In this document: positions 1 to 21,414 of the stretch, piece by piece | How positions within the stretch are numbered: the first letter of the stretch is position 1 | Layout of the letters: each line of letters starts with the position of its first letter | Origin: Lytechinus pictus | Taxonomy: Eukaryota | Assembly (NCBI RefSeq): GCF_037042905.1 | Contig: NC_087245.1 | Span: forward strand, 17,422,001 to 17,486,000 | Reading direction: 5' to 3' | DNA: 64,000 nucleotides | Notes under the pieces: generated by a model | Told to the model about the DNA's origin: nothing | Databases searched by the model: none | The model's input: the letters and a program-made list of their open reading frames with translations, nothing else | Translations under genes and position numbers: made by a program

Positions 1-545
1 AATGATTTGCTGATGACTTAAAAACAAAATAAGAATTGGTACAAGTTAAATTATAAAACCAGAATCATTTCTTTATTTTCAGATTGATAACTACATTGTA
101 TGATATCCATAAAAATAGATGGACATTGTACAATAGAAACCAATAAAACAAGGCTTGAGAGACTGAAAAGGAATAAAACTGAAAACCCAAGTCCTAAAAT
201 GTGTATAACAATTTAATATTACGTTTTATGTATTATTCCTAAAACAGAGAGAAAAATAAGACACTGAAGAAAATGTGTGGAATACACCTTAAAAAAAGTT
301 AAATTCAGGGTCTTCTAAATTTCAAAATTAAATTTTTTGTACAATTTTTCGTTTCCAGTTCAAATAATAAAGTATTTGTATAATCATAAAAAAATCATTT
401 TGAAGAATATAGAATTGAACTGAATTGAATGAGATTGCTTGATTATGTAACTATAAACAGCCCAATTTACTTTATTAAAAGTACTATGACACCATTTAAA
501 AAAAAAAATTTGGGGGGGTACCTCCCCAGTCCCAACTCCTCCCCG

Positions 546-908
546 GGGGTGTCGTGGTCTAGTGGTTAAGACTCTGTCTTTCAATCTGAAGGATGTGGGT
601 TCGATTCCAACACATGGCATGTTTTCCTTCAGCAAAAAATTTACCCACATTGTGCTGCACCCAACCCAGGTGAGGTAATGATAATAACGGTATATTTACC
701 CAGGGTAGCCACTTCAGTTCCGAAAACTGTTATCCCAGCGGGCCCTGCTATTATTAAATGGGTACCGGCAGGAAGTAATTCCTCAAAAAAGCTGTGCGCA
801 CCGGAAACGGTAGACTAGCTTAGCCGGGGTAATATAGTCCTGAGTGCGTTGAGCACCTAGCAAGGTGGATACGTGCACTATACAAATCCTATATTATTAT
901 TATTATTA
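546..908 (+). mobile_element. tRNA-derived SINE (copy 1), interrupted by a short LINE-like 3' end
   Basis: tRNA-like head with A-box (TGGTCTAGTGG) and B-box (GGTTCGATTCC); body CATTGTGCTGCAC-CAACCCAGGTGAGGT-AATGGGTACC shared with the copies at 45223 and 55173; (TTA)n tail at ~892-908. Confidence 0.85.
677..755 (-). mobile_element. Short insertion inside the SINE, resembling the 3' terminal stem-loop and (TTA)n tail of an L2-clade LINE
   Basis: Absent from the other two SINE copies. The minus strand reads CAGGGCCCGCTGGGATAACAGTTTTCGGAACTGAAGTGGCTACCCTGGGTAAATATACCGTTATTAT, with CAGGG/CCCTG and CAGTT/AACTG stems and a TTA tail. The clade assignment is from memory of such 3' ends. Confidence 0.5.
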
Positions 909-1103
909 ATTTACCTAGGGCTAGGAATGCTCCTGTATCTACTCAAAATAAAATGAACAAAGTTCCATCCTCATTTTGTATTTGAATATGTAGATCTATT
1001 GATAGTCGCATTTTTACTTAAAAAAATAACCCTTGACGGGTCTATTGCCTTACAATTTGGTTTAGCTACCTTTAAGTCCTACTTCTACAAAACTAAAACT
1101 TAC

Positions 1104-1238
1104 CTTATCTTCACAGAAATGCTTGATGATACATGTTTTACCCACACCAGCATTTCCAGCAGCAACCACCTTGATCCATACAAGAGAGGAGACTTTCTCC
1201 TTCACAGCAAATGGGAGATGACCAGGTTCACGATCCAT
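1104..1238 (-). CDS. First coding exon of an RJL/DNAJC27-like Ras-superfamily small GTPase (gene continues off the left edge)
   Basis: ATG at 1238 gives MDREPGHLPFAVKEKVSSLVWIKVVAAGNAGVGKTCIIKHFCEDK, then a phase-0 GTAAGT donor. P-loop GNAGVGKT; resembles human DNAJC27 IKVISMGNAEVGKSCIIKRYCEKR. CAG acceptor near 1288. Too short for the ORF track. Confidence 0.75.
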
Positions 1239-1545
1239 TCTGAAGAGTATAGTCTAGCCTATTTAGACTTAAGTGTATTTCTTTGACCTGGTAATAAATC
1301 AACAACAACAAAAAAGATGTCACTACTGACACTAGACTAGGGCCTAGATGTTGTATATACCCAGTTACCCACCATGAATTTCTGAGTTGCCTGTCCTTTT
1401 CACTGCTTTGAAACTCTGATCAAATCTCCTCAAAAAGTCAAAGCAATGTTAGACAGACATTTGACTTAAAAGTATAGTCACGCATTGTATTACTGGACAC
1501 TATCACGATTCCGGACGCGCATATTACTGCGTACGAAAACAATTT

Positions 1546-1575
1546 CTTACCGTAAGACTTCCGCAATTCAATTTC
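1546..1575 (-). promoter_or_regulatory. Putative non-coding first exon/promoter of the GTPase gene
   Basis: GTAAG donor at 1550-1546 and ETS-like CGGAAGT at 1563-1557 in a locally CpG-rich patch. Confidence 0.35.
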
Positions 1576-2192
1576 AAAGAGCAATACATAAAACAAGATT
1601 GCAAACACAAGGCGAAAAAATCAAACTTTTACCTTATTTATCTCTAAAATAACAGAAAATGCTTAAAACATCATAAAACATAGATTTGCATTAACAATCA
1701 ATATTTTTTCTGACGGAAATAGGAGCCTGATTTGCCGAATTTCAATCTCATCCGCTCCTTTGATCGAATGTTGAGGTGTGGTGTATTGTGGGTGATCATC
1801 AACGGCTAGTTCTCAACTAAGTGCACAAGGTTTACCTTGATTAGAGCTAGCCGTCGACAATCTACAGCGCATATACAGAACTTTGAGCGTCACGATACGA
1901 ACAAGCATAATAATGGCAAGTGTCATGGATGGAACATGCAGACTTTGCAGTTAAAAAGAAGGGAAATAAAATAAACAAGGCAAAGCGATTTTGTGTCTCG
2001 CCCACTTCTGAAAATAACCAGAAATATCATGATTTGCGAGGGCACGCAACAGAATTGTATCAAAACTTCATTGTGAAATGACTGGGATGGAATAACACTT
2101 GTCATAAGAGTCTTGGACATAAACTTAAATGTTGACCTCAAAATGAACTTTGACCATACCATATGTGACCTCCCAACACAATAGCATGCAGG

Positions 2193-4962
2193 TCTTCTTC
2201 TTCTTCTTCAGGTTAAATCTGCCTCCTTCAGGATTGAAGATTCTTGCAGATGGTTTATTTGGCATGTGTGTATGGCCAGGTTTAGGTGTGCAGTGCAAAA
2301 TATATACAGGTGCAAGTAAAAAGTCCCATCTGATTTAGCTCTGGCCTTCCGCCAGTCTCAGGCGGAAGGCTTTTGGAGAAGAGGCATTGATTTTGTTGGG
2401 AGGGAGAGTATTCCATGCCTTGATCGTCCTTGGAAAGAAGGATTGACGATGGTGCTCTGTCCTGCAGTGTGGTAGCTGGTAGCCGTTCCCTTGTTGCTGT
2501 GATCGAGTTCTTGTTGATCCAGTGAGTGGTGTGATGTATTCTTCCACTGGGAAGCTGACAAGATTGTGATGCAGCTTGTACATAAGGACCAGTCTAGAAT
2601 CCTCCCTACGTTTCTGCAGTGTGGGCCATTCCAGTTCTTCGAGCATAGATGTAACGCTAGAGGTGTTGTGGTATCTGTTAAGCACGAATCTAGCTGCCCG
2701 CCTTTGGATCATCTCAATCTGGTGGATAAGACGATTGGTTGATGGATCCCATATCGAAGAACAGTATTCAACGAGGGGCCGTACTAGTACTTTGTAGGCA
2801 GTGGCTTTAAGTTCAGGCAGGTTGATGCGGAGGTTTCTGCGTAGGAAGGCAAGGGTGGAATTTGCTTTGCGGCAGATATTATTAACATGCTGGTTCCATT
2901 TCAGATCCGATGTTATTGTGACACCTAGATACTTGGAGGCAGCAGTTACTCTCAGTACCGGGTTGTTCAAGGTGTAGATTTGATTGGCCGCATTCCTCTT
3001 CCTCGTGACTCTGATGACCTCACATTTCTGGGTGTTTAGTTCCATCATCCAATTTGATGCCCATTCACTGATTTTGTCAAGGTCATCTTGGAGCTGTTGT
3101 GTATCTTGCTGGTTCTTGATAGCAAGATAAGTGATTGCGTCATCAGCGAAGAGTCTTACTGGGGATGAGAGTCTATCAGGCAGATCATTGATATAGTGGA
3201 TGAACAGGCAGGGTCCGAGGACTGAGCCCTGGGGGACGCCTGATATCACATCAATGGTTGATGAATGGTACCCGTCAAGGACTACTTGTTGTTTCCTATG
3301 ATGTAGGAAGCTTGAAATCCATCCATTGTTCTTATCTCGGATGCCATAGTATTCCAGCTTATGGAGCAGTCTTTGATGCCCGACCTTGTCGAATGCCTTG
3401 CTAAAATCCATGACAAGGACATCAGTCTGGAGGCTTTGATCAAGGTTCTTGTGAAGGTCAGAGATAAATCCCAGCAGTTGTAGCTCGCAGGACTTGTTTT
3501 GTTGGAAGCCGTGTTGCAGAGGATGAAGGATGTTGTTTGCACTGCTATGTTTCATTATGTTGCTGGCTATAATATGTTCAAGCAGCTTACAACAGATACA
3601 TGTGAGTGAGATGGGTCTGTAGTTTGATGGGTCTGTTCTGTCGCCTTTCTTGTAGATAGGCACTACATTGGCCTCTCGCCAATCGTGTGGTATCTGACCA
3701 GTGTTGTAAGAGATCCTGAAGATAGTGGTCAGAATTGGGGCGATGACATTGGAAAGCTTCTTTAGAACTTGAGGTGATATGCCATCAGGTCCTGGTGCCT
3801 TGTGAATCTTGAGGCTCTTCAGAAGTTTCTCCACACCATTGGTTGTTATGATGATCTCTGGCATGTCTGGGTATGGCGATGCATCAGGCAAGAGATGTGG
3901 CGGGACTGGCATTTCATTGGTGAAAACCTTCTGGAATTGCTGATTGATAATATCAGCTTTGGCAGTGGAGTCCGTCACTCTCCGTCCCTCAGATTTCAGC
4001 TCAGCTATCCCAGTGTTGTCCGTCTGGTTGTGCTTGATAAAACGCCAGAAGCGTTTCATAGAATTAAACTCGGCTGATTCCTCATCCTCTTCATCCACAG
4101 TGAAGATTGACTCAAGGTAATTCCAGTATGCTTTCCTGAGTTCAGCTTGGAGTGTACGCTTGGTGTTCTGCAGCTCTACCTCCATGTTGTGTGGGATGGG
4201 ACCCTGGTTGTTATTTCTGTGGTGCCTGAATTTCTTCCATACTCTGTCTTTCTTTTTGATGAGTCGTCTGACATGGTTGGTGACCCAGGGTAGGCTGCCT
4301 TTAGGGTGTGTCATTTTGTGGGGAATGAAGTTTTCTACTCCCTCCTTGATTGCGTTCTTGAAGGTCATCCACAAATCATTCAGTGTTGAAGTGTTGATTT
4401 TGCTATCAATCTCCTCCCATGCAGATATCATGACTTTTTCGAACTCCTTCCAGTCTGCCTTTCCGTAGAGCAGGACTTTTCTCTGCTTTGAATTGCGTCT
4501 TGTTGCTTTCAAGTCGACGATGATGAGAGGACAGTCATGATCAGACACTCCAGGCACCACTTGGCTATCAAGGACTAACGTAGGGTTGTTCGTGAGAATG
4601 AGGTCCAGCACATTTCGTCCTCTGGTTGGCTCTCTGACGATTTGCGTGAGGCCGCGATCCTCGATGATTGTGCCGAACTTCTGATGTAGGGCTGGATTCC
4701 TACAGTTGCCAATCACATGATCCTCCCAGTTCCAACCAGGCAGATTGAAGTCTCCAGCAACAATCACCGAGTGAGTCGGAGGAAGTCTGTTTAGTGACCT
4801 CTCAAGTTCAGTAAGGCTGTCTGCATCTCTTTCATGTGGTCTGTAAAATGCTGCAACATGCAGAGTCTTTGCTCCAGCCAGATCAATTCTACACCACAGA
4901 ATCTCACAGTCTGTCTCAAGTTCAACTTCCCTTACAGCCATGAATTCTTTTTTGGTTGCAAT
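2193..4962 (-). mobile_element. 5'-truncated CR1-type non-LTR retrotransposon
   Basis: (GAA)n tail at 2193-2209, ~125-bp 3' UTR, ORF2 with APE endonuclease (GDFNLP, LDLILTN, SDHD) and RT. The frame is open to ~4962, where it joins host repeat; no ORF1. Confidence 0.9.
2335..4941 (-). CDS. LINE ORF2 (partial endonuclease + reverse transcriptase), uninterrupted
   Basis: 868 aa; motifs KAPGPDGI, NYRPISLT, DFSKAFD, GVPQGSVLGP, LFADD, KYLGV, LVRPLVEY, IQRRAARFV, SFFPRT. The listed Met is internal; the N-terminus of the endonuclease is missing. Confidence 0.9.
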   Translation of the reverse strand: MAVREVELETDCEILWCRIDLAGAKTLHVAAFYRPHERDADSLTELERSLNRLPPTHSVIVAGDFNLPGWNWEDHVIGNCRNPALHQKFGTIIEDRGLTQIVREPTRGRNVLDLILTNNPTLVLDSQVVPGVSDHDCPLIIVDLKATRRNSKQRKVLLYGKADWKEFEKVMISAWEEIDSKINTSTLNDLWMTFKNAIKEGVENFIPHKMTHPKGSLPWVTNHVRRLIKKKDRVWKKFRHHRNNNQGPIPHNMEVELQNTKRTLQAELRKAYWNYLESIFTVDEEDEESAEFNSMKRFWRFIKHNQTDNTGIAELKSEGRRVTDSTAKADIINQQFQKVFTNEMPVPPHLLPDASPYPDMPEIIITTNGVEKLLKSLKIHKAPGPDGISPQVLKKLSNVIAPILTTIFRISYNTGQIPHDWREANVVPIYKKGDRTDPSNYRPISLTCICCKLLEHIIASNIMKHSSANNILHPLQHGFQQNKSCELQLLGFISDLHKNLDQSLQTDVLVMDFSKAFDKVGHQRLLHKLEYYGIRDKNNGWISSFLHHRKQQVVLDGYHSSTIDVISGVPQGSVLGPCLFIHYINDLPDRLSSPVRLFADDAITYLAIKNQQDTQQLQDDLDKISEWASNWMMELNTQKCEVIRVTRKRNAANQIYTLNNPVLRVTAASKYLGVTITSDLKWNQHVNNICRKANSTLAFLRRNLRINLPELKATAYKVLVRPLVEYCSSIWDPSTNRLIHQIEMIQRRAARFVLNRYHNTSSVTSMLEELEWPTLQKRREDSRLVLMYKLHHNLVSFPVEEYITPLTGSTRTRSQQQGNGYQLPHCRTEHHRQSFFPRTIKAWNTLPPNKINASSPKAFRLRLAEGQS

Positions 4963-5454
4963 GGGTCCCCTAGGTCCCCTTAGGTCCCCTAAGTACTAAG
5001 TACATCTACCATCCAAGTTTGGTTGAAAAGTGATCTAGGGTTGCAGAGTTATGTGTCATAAGAGAGTCTTGCACGGAAACTTTGACGTTGACCTGAAAAT
5101 GACCTTTGACCTTACCATGTGACCTCTGACTGCAGCATAACATGCAGGTCCCCTTAGTCCATCTACCATTCAAGTTTGGTTGAAAAGTGATACAGTTGCA
5201 GAGTTATGTGTCATAAGAGTCTTGCATGTAAACTTTAACGTTGACCTGAAAATGACCTTTGACCTTACCATGTGACCTCCGACTGCAGCATAACATGTAG
5301 GTCCCCCAAGTCCATCTACCATCCAAGTTTGGTTGAAAATTGACTTACGGTTGCGGAGTTAGGTGTCATAAGGTTTGTGACGGACGGACGACAGACGACA
5401 TTTGCCATTTGGATCCCTAAGTCAGCTTCCGCGTCCGTAACGTTGGGGAAGTAC

Positions 5455-5768
5455 AATAAGAAACAAGATGGCGGCGTAAACATCGGGCAAGTCTCTTCCG
5501 TCTTTTCACAATATTTTTTCATTTTTTTGATGAATTCTTGTTTTAAAAATAACAACGAGAGCGTAGAAATGTCGGAAATGAAGTTTTATCCCATGTACAT
5601 GATTTAGAGCTAGATCTTTTAGAAGGAAAGTAGAAATCTCGGAGGTGAAAGTTTCAGGTTTTGGCTGGCTCTGTGTGGGTCTATAAGATAGAAGGCCTGG
5701 CTTCGTATACTATGAGAGTAACCTTATGTTAGTAAATGATTTTTACTCTCTAGAAGCCGCCTGGCTAC
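5455..5768 (+). repeat. Dispersed repeat (one end of a non-autonomous DNA element); second copy at 57760-58078
   Basis: AATAAGAAACAAGATGGCGGCGTAAACATC...GTAGAAATGTCGGAAATGAAG...TTTTTACTCTCTAG..GCC.CCTGGCTA aligns with 57760-58078. Confidence 0.75.
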
Positions 5769-5879
5769 TCACGGCTCAGTTCGCTCGCTCAAACCTTTTA
5801 TACATTTTATCCGGTGTGTCATGTCTGCCGCCTAAGCATTGTTGTCTACTTTCATTGTTCCATAATTGAAATATTAAAA

Positions 5880-5963
5880 TGCCTTGGCCTTGAGGTTTTC
5901 AGGCCTTGGCCTTGGCCTTGGGTTTCCATGCCTTGGCCTCGGGTATTGAAGCCTTGGCCTTGG
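5880..5963. repeat. GGCCTT-repeat cluster, resembling the subterminal region of a small DNA transposon
   Basis: Repeated GCCTTGGCCTTG units. Confidence 0.45.
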
Positions 5964-6685
5964 GTATTGTCACCATTGATATATCTGACAATAGATCAAT
6001 GGATAGACCTCCAAGATTTGTCAAAGTAAAGCTACGATCGTTGAAGACTGACCTTTATTTTATACCCGTGTTACTGGACTTTGATCATCTTTTTGTTGAA
6101 ATGATGGCATTCCAGCAATGTCAATATCAACAAAATATTAACACACCTCCGGATAAAGAACTTTAGAAAAATCATATCTAAATAAATATGAATTTTTAAA
6201 TACTTCTTGGGAATATTGATATTACCATGTGTGCTCCTCTGTGTTAAAATGTTTGAATACTTGGAGGTTTGAGCCTCGACTAAGTACAACACTGGCTGCC
6301 GGCTCATCGAGTCACATGTATTGCGGGGTTAGTTTGCTGTCGGCTGAGAATTTTTCCAAGAAAATCGTTTTCTCCCAAATTTTTATGAAATTTTTGGAAC
6401 ATTTCTCATGACATAAGATTAAGAATATAACTATGAGTATGAGTATGACTATGATGAGGAACATTGTCATTATTATCATTAATATAACACTAACAGAAAT
6501 TTTCTGTGGAATAAAAAGGAAATTCAGGTTCAATCTTAATTTTTTTTTAGGTGCGCAGACATGCCCCCCCCCCCCTAAATGAATAGTTAGTGGCAATACT
6601 CACTCACTAACGTTACTCAGTCGTGTAACTGTGTCAGCGACACTGTCTGTCATGTCTCATGTCCTGTCTGTTACCTCAAGTGATG

Positions 6686-6786
6686 TTCGTGCAGGCTCCA
6701 CTCCACTTCACTACCGCTACACTACGCTCCCCCCACCTACCCGACATGCCCGAGTAGTGTAGCGGTAGTGAAGTGGACTGTGCACG
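6686..6786. mobile_element. Internally deleted ~100-bp relative of the 8053-8734 foldback element
   Basis: GTTCGTGCAGGCTCCACTCCACTTCACTACCGCTACACTAC...GTAGTGTAGCGGTAGTGAAGTGGA..GTGCACG matches both arms of 8053-8734. Confidence 0.75.
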
Positions 6787-8052
6787 TGCATGTGGAGAAT
6801 TGAAAAAAAATATATAAACCTATACGGCTATATCATTGACATCGGGCGGAGCATGTAAGGTAGTCCCTAGAATCTTGTCGGTCTTGAACGAGAAAGCCGA
6901 TTTATAATAATATAATCTCACCTCAGTCATCTAACGTAACTTTGTCGAAAGCAACCATGATCATGATAAACAACACTCAACAGAACTAGACAACAGTCAA
7001 CCCCGGCAGTCAACATGCAACAGAGCAGTGCGCGTGCCAGCTAGTTGCCTAGGCCTAGCCGGCCTAGCCTCGGTCGATCGCGAGCGCGCGAGAGCTGGCC
7101 CTCTGGCCTTTGCCTCTGGCCCCGGGCGAGCAGGTAGCGGCGGGCGAGCAGGTAGCGGCTGGTTCGCCTGAATCTTCGCTCGATTGTTTACAAATTGAGA
7201 GAAGGCGCAATCCATTTTATGTCAGGTTTAGATTCAGACAGTCTTTTTGTTTTTATTATGGAAAAGAATCCTTCAGTCAGTTAATACATCGATAAAAATT
7301 AAAATTATTCAAAAAATGTGTTTAGTTCAATATTTAGTGAGCAATTATCATCCCTTCCTTGTCTCTAATTTAATCACTAAAAAGCTAGTCAAATAATACC
7401 CCACTTTAAATAATAGAATAGTCCAAAGTCCCTAACAAACAACGAAATGTTTAAGATGATTCACTTCACAAAGTATAGTGTATGCTCCACATAGAGATGT
7501 ATACTAAGTTACTAGTATACATCTCTATGATGCTCCATAATAGATCCAGTATCGACGAGCGCGAGAGCCAGAAAATAATGCGATTATATAGACATCTTTC
7601 AATATAGAGTCTTTGTTGTGAGAGCTAGAGCTGTCATCTATCTGAATATCTTTCCTGATTTGTGAGTATTTTTTTAGAAGTAGAATGAGAGAATATTTCT
7701 TTTAGGATGAGGTAAGCTCGTGGGATAACCCCCTGATGTATATGATGGGATTATAACGCAGTGAGGACTACTTTGTCACTGACTGAATGTGTCAGACATA
7801 GACTTAATACTAGTAATAGTGAGACTGAGACTGAGTAGTGAGAGTATAGCCCCATACGTTTAATTTTGTGTCGGACAATTCTGGATAACGACCTAAATAA
7901 CGCTACATTTGGCAGCTCGCCGCGCTGTCTGTTTTGAGGAGTTTTCAAACACTTAAAAAAAAAATTCTCCTTGTACAGTGGAACAACCAATATTATTACC
8001 CGAGGCGAAGGCAAAACTTCCATATGTCCGGGAGTCCCCTCCACCAGTAAGT

Positions 8053-8734
8053 TACCTCGAGCGAAGTTCGTGCAGGCTCCACTCCACTTCACTACCATGA
8101 CTACCGTTACACTACGCTCCACCTACCCGAACTTCGAGACTATGAACTCGATCGGATATTCCGAGTGACAAAAGGTGGGATTTTATGGGGAGAAAATACA
8201 AAATTCATGCAACATCATCACGATCTTTAAAAACAAGTACAACTAATATTCTTACTTTACACAAAAGTCAAAGTTTCACCTCTTTTCCATGCTTCTATCA
8301 GTCTCAAAATTGATGATTTAGAGCCAACATGAAGTTCCTCACACGTAATAATTCGCTGCCGATTTCAGAACATCGCATGCGTGCGAGGGTCCGAGCTCGG
8401 ACCAGACCCGGTACCTCCCGCATGCGATGTTTTGAAGTCGGCAGCGCATTAATATTTATACGTGTGAGGAACTTCATGTTGGCTCTAAATCATCAATTTT
8501 GAGACTGATAGAAGCATGGAAAAGAAGTGAAACTTTGTGTAAAGTAAGAATATTAATTGCACTTGTTTTTAAAGATCCTGATGTTGCATGAATTTTGTAT
8601 TTTCTCCCCATAAAATCCCACCTTTTGTCACTCGGAATATCCGATCGAGTTCATGGTCTCGAAGTTCGGGTAGGTGAAGCGTAGTGTAGCGGTAGTGAAG
8701 TGGAGTAGAGCCTGCACGAACTTCGCTCGAGGTA
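8053..8734. mobile_element. Foldback (palindromic) MULE-like MITE with 9-bp TSD
   Basis: ~320-bp near-perfect inverted arms (TACCTCGAGCGAAGTTCG... / ...CGAACTTCGCTCGAGGTA) around a ~35-bp loop; TSD CCAGTAAGT at 8044-8052 and 8735-8743. Confidence 0.9.
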
Positions 8735-8754
8735 CCAGTAAGTTAGATCTAAAG

Positions 8755-9093
8755 TAACCTAGTCCTAGGCTAGGGAGCTCCGGCCCGCGCAGCGGGCCGG
8801 AGCCCAGCCCCAGGGGCTTACCGTGTATTTGGCCATACTCACGGGACTAGCGTGATTTATGGTCTAAATATTTCTCCAAATGAATTGTGAAAAAAGAAAT
8901 TATGCACTTACCGCGATTATATATGGATGAAGGTCTAACGAGTGGCAGTTTCCTGACATCGAGGCACAGACTGGAACTTCAAAAAAACGAAAAGTTCTCT
9001 CCTACCCCAGTCTCAATCGGCCATTTTGTTATGATTCATAACAAAAATGGCCGATCGAGACGGGGGTAGAAGGAGAAGGAGCTCCCTGGGTTA
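8755..9093. mobile_element. MULE-like MITE with 9-bp TSD; second copy (inverted) at ~58570-58839
   Basis: Termini TAACC...AGGGAGCTCC / GGAGCTCCCTGGGTTA; TSD GATCTAAAG at 8746-8754 and 9094-9102; internal hairpins CTCCGGCCCGC-GCA-GCGGGCCGGAG and ~8998-9074. Confidence 0.8.
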
Positions 9094-9487
9094 GATCTAA
9101 AGTAAAGTAAAATTGAAAAAAAATATGATGAAGTCTTTAATTTTTTTTTATTTAAATTATTCTGAGATTCTGACAGACTTAGAGTCTATATCTAAGACTA
9201 GGTCTAGGAAAAGTTGGATACATCATACCTAAATATGGCTTTATTCCGTCAAATTCTCGAGTGTTTGTAATTCCCAATGGCATCGGTTTATTTAGTCAGA
9301 AAAATAAATACCCAATACTCTTGCAGTTTTTGTCTTTGAGAGTAGTTATTAACGTTAGACTAGAATCCAGTCGTAATGATAACCGTTATGAAACCCATGG
9401 CTTTCAACAATTCCTGCTAGCTCAGTGAGTAAGGCGACAGACTGGAGATGATTTGTCTTCAGCGAGAGGTTCGAATCCAAGTTCCAA

Positions 9488-9776
9488 CCGGAAGTAAGAA
9501 AAAAAGAAAAAGAGAACCAAAGAAAGGGGTTTTGGAGAATAATTTTTTTTTTAATTAGTGGAGGGACAGTCATAAGGAAGTCATTTCATACCGAAGCTTT
9601 TGGTCTAGATTAGGCCCTGCCCTGGCCTAGCTCCTTTTTTTCCCTTTTTTTTCAGATTCAGACAGAATATTCTAACTTTTTGTAGATGTAACGTTAGGGG
9701 TCTAACGTTAGAGTCTAGGTCAATGTTTTTTTTTTAGCCCAGCTTGCACAGTGCATCCACGCTGTCTGTGGTAAGT
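9488..9776 (+). promoter_or_regulatory. Putative BECN1 promoter and non-coding first exon
   Basis: ETS/GABP motif CCGGAAGT at 9488-9495; strong donor GTG|GTAAGT at 9771; CAG acceptor at ~10637 upstream of the ATG; CpG content falls off downstream. Confidence 0.45.
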
Positions 9777-10671
9777 CTATAGTAGATCTAACTTAGATCT
9801 AGTTCCCCTAACGTTAGACCCCTATGCAACATCCAACACACTTTTTAAATTTAAAAAGGTCTTTAAAATATTGTTTTTGTAAGAAAATCTCCTCGGATCG
9901 ATTCCTGATTGATTTAGATCTAAAGTTAGGTCTAACGTTAGATATATGATAATTTGTTATGAAATTGTTCCGGCCTTGGCTTGGGGATCATTTGTTTATT
10001 CACCAGAGTGCTCTTGTATGGGCCCTCTATTGGTGGAAAGTAAAGTTAGTCAGAAATGGAAAACCACAAACTCTCTTTAAATTTAGAAAATATCATTAAT
10101 AAAAGAATTCAAATTTTCAACTTGAATACATGATGTAACTAGTAAATGATGGAAACTGACAGTGTAAAAAAAAATCAAGCATTCGTCCTGGCCGGAATAG
10201 GGGGCATTTGGACCCAGAGTAGTCAGACTTTCAAGCACCATTGTACAAAATCCACAGAAATATTTAATTAAAATTTGTCATTGTGAAATTGTGAACCACC
10301 ATTCACTTCGTAGAGCAGCGCTTTATTCAGTCACGTGCATGGTTCATAATTTCCACCCTCTTTCGCTTTGTACACAAGTGCATGCGTACAAATTGATGAG
10401 TGGTTCCCGAAACCAAGATTTGGCCCAGAATTTTCACCTTAGAAATAATTTGTGATATCTAAACTGCAATAGCAATAACTAATTTCCCTCAAAAAAAGTA
10501 CATAACTAAAAAGAGAACAAAAAATGACTACGTAGTAGGCGGCAGATCTTGTTCGATCAAAGAAATGATAGTGTTGAATGTCCATGTCTAATAGGTCCAT
10601 GATTAGACAAATTTGATTGTATGTTATTGATGACAGGATCTGAAGATTTCTACTTACTGGTATAATCCAAG

Positions 10672-20877
<10,206 letters not shown>

Positions 20878-20928
20878 TGCTAGACTTCTATCATTTTGCT
20901 TTGTTAATTCCAGAGATGTCAACCCTAA

Positions 20929-21414
20929 GGCCCGTATTCTGATGTCGGGTTTAATTAAAACTCTGGTTTAAAGTTGTGGTTTAACTATGGATAGCTAATT
21001 GTGAAACAAATCTCTAATGGTACAGGTTCAATTTATCAGCTCATCTTTTACTCAGATAATTCATAACTGTCTGGGAAAAGTAACAAAATTTGTTTTCTTC
21101 ATCATTATAGTATAGTGAAAGGGTACTGGAAACAAGAAAAATACAATGTAAACAAAATGATGACATTATTTGGCTTCCCACAATGTTAGCAGAGTTAGAC
21201 CATGGTGCAAGTTAAACCTGGTGGCCGTTTCATAAAGCTGTTCATAAGGGTGACTTTAAGAACGACTAGTGATCCTTTCTTGTGGTAAATGATATTCACC
21301 ATAGTTCATTGGTGATTATTTAGCACGTAAGAAAGGTTCACCAGTCGTTCTTAAAATCATTCTTAACTTACGAACAGCTTTATGAAACACCAACCTGACT
21401 TCAGAATACAGGCC
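20929..21414. mobile_element. MITE in the BECN1 3' UTR region with a nested MITE at ~21220-21392
   Basis: Outer TIR GGCCCGTATTCTGA / TCAGAATACAGGCC; inner TIR GTTTCATAAAGCTGTTC / GAACAGCTTTATGAAAC. Confidence 0.7.

Larger units (their letters stand above)
1973..5430. repeat. Helentron-associated (HINE/DINE-like) element with ~155-bp internal tandem units, split by the LINE
   Basis: Unit GTGTCATAAGAGTCTTGC...TGACCTTTGACCTT...GCAGGTCCCC...CCAAGTTTGGTTGAAAA starts at ~2099, 5053, 5208 and (partial) 5363; GACG microsatellite at ~5378-5399. Family label and outer boundaries are inferred. Confidence 0.5.

Noticed and set aside
6915-7720. Possible extra exons (donor-like sites at ~6920 on - and ~7712 on +)
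   Set aside because: No supporting open frame or homology; the region is repeat-derived.
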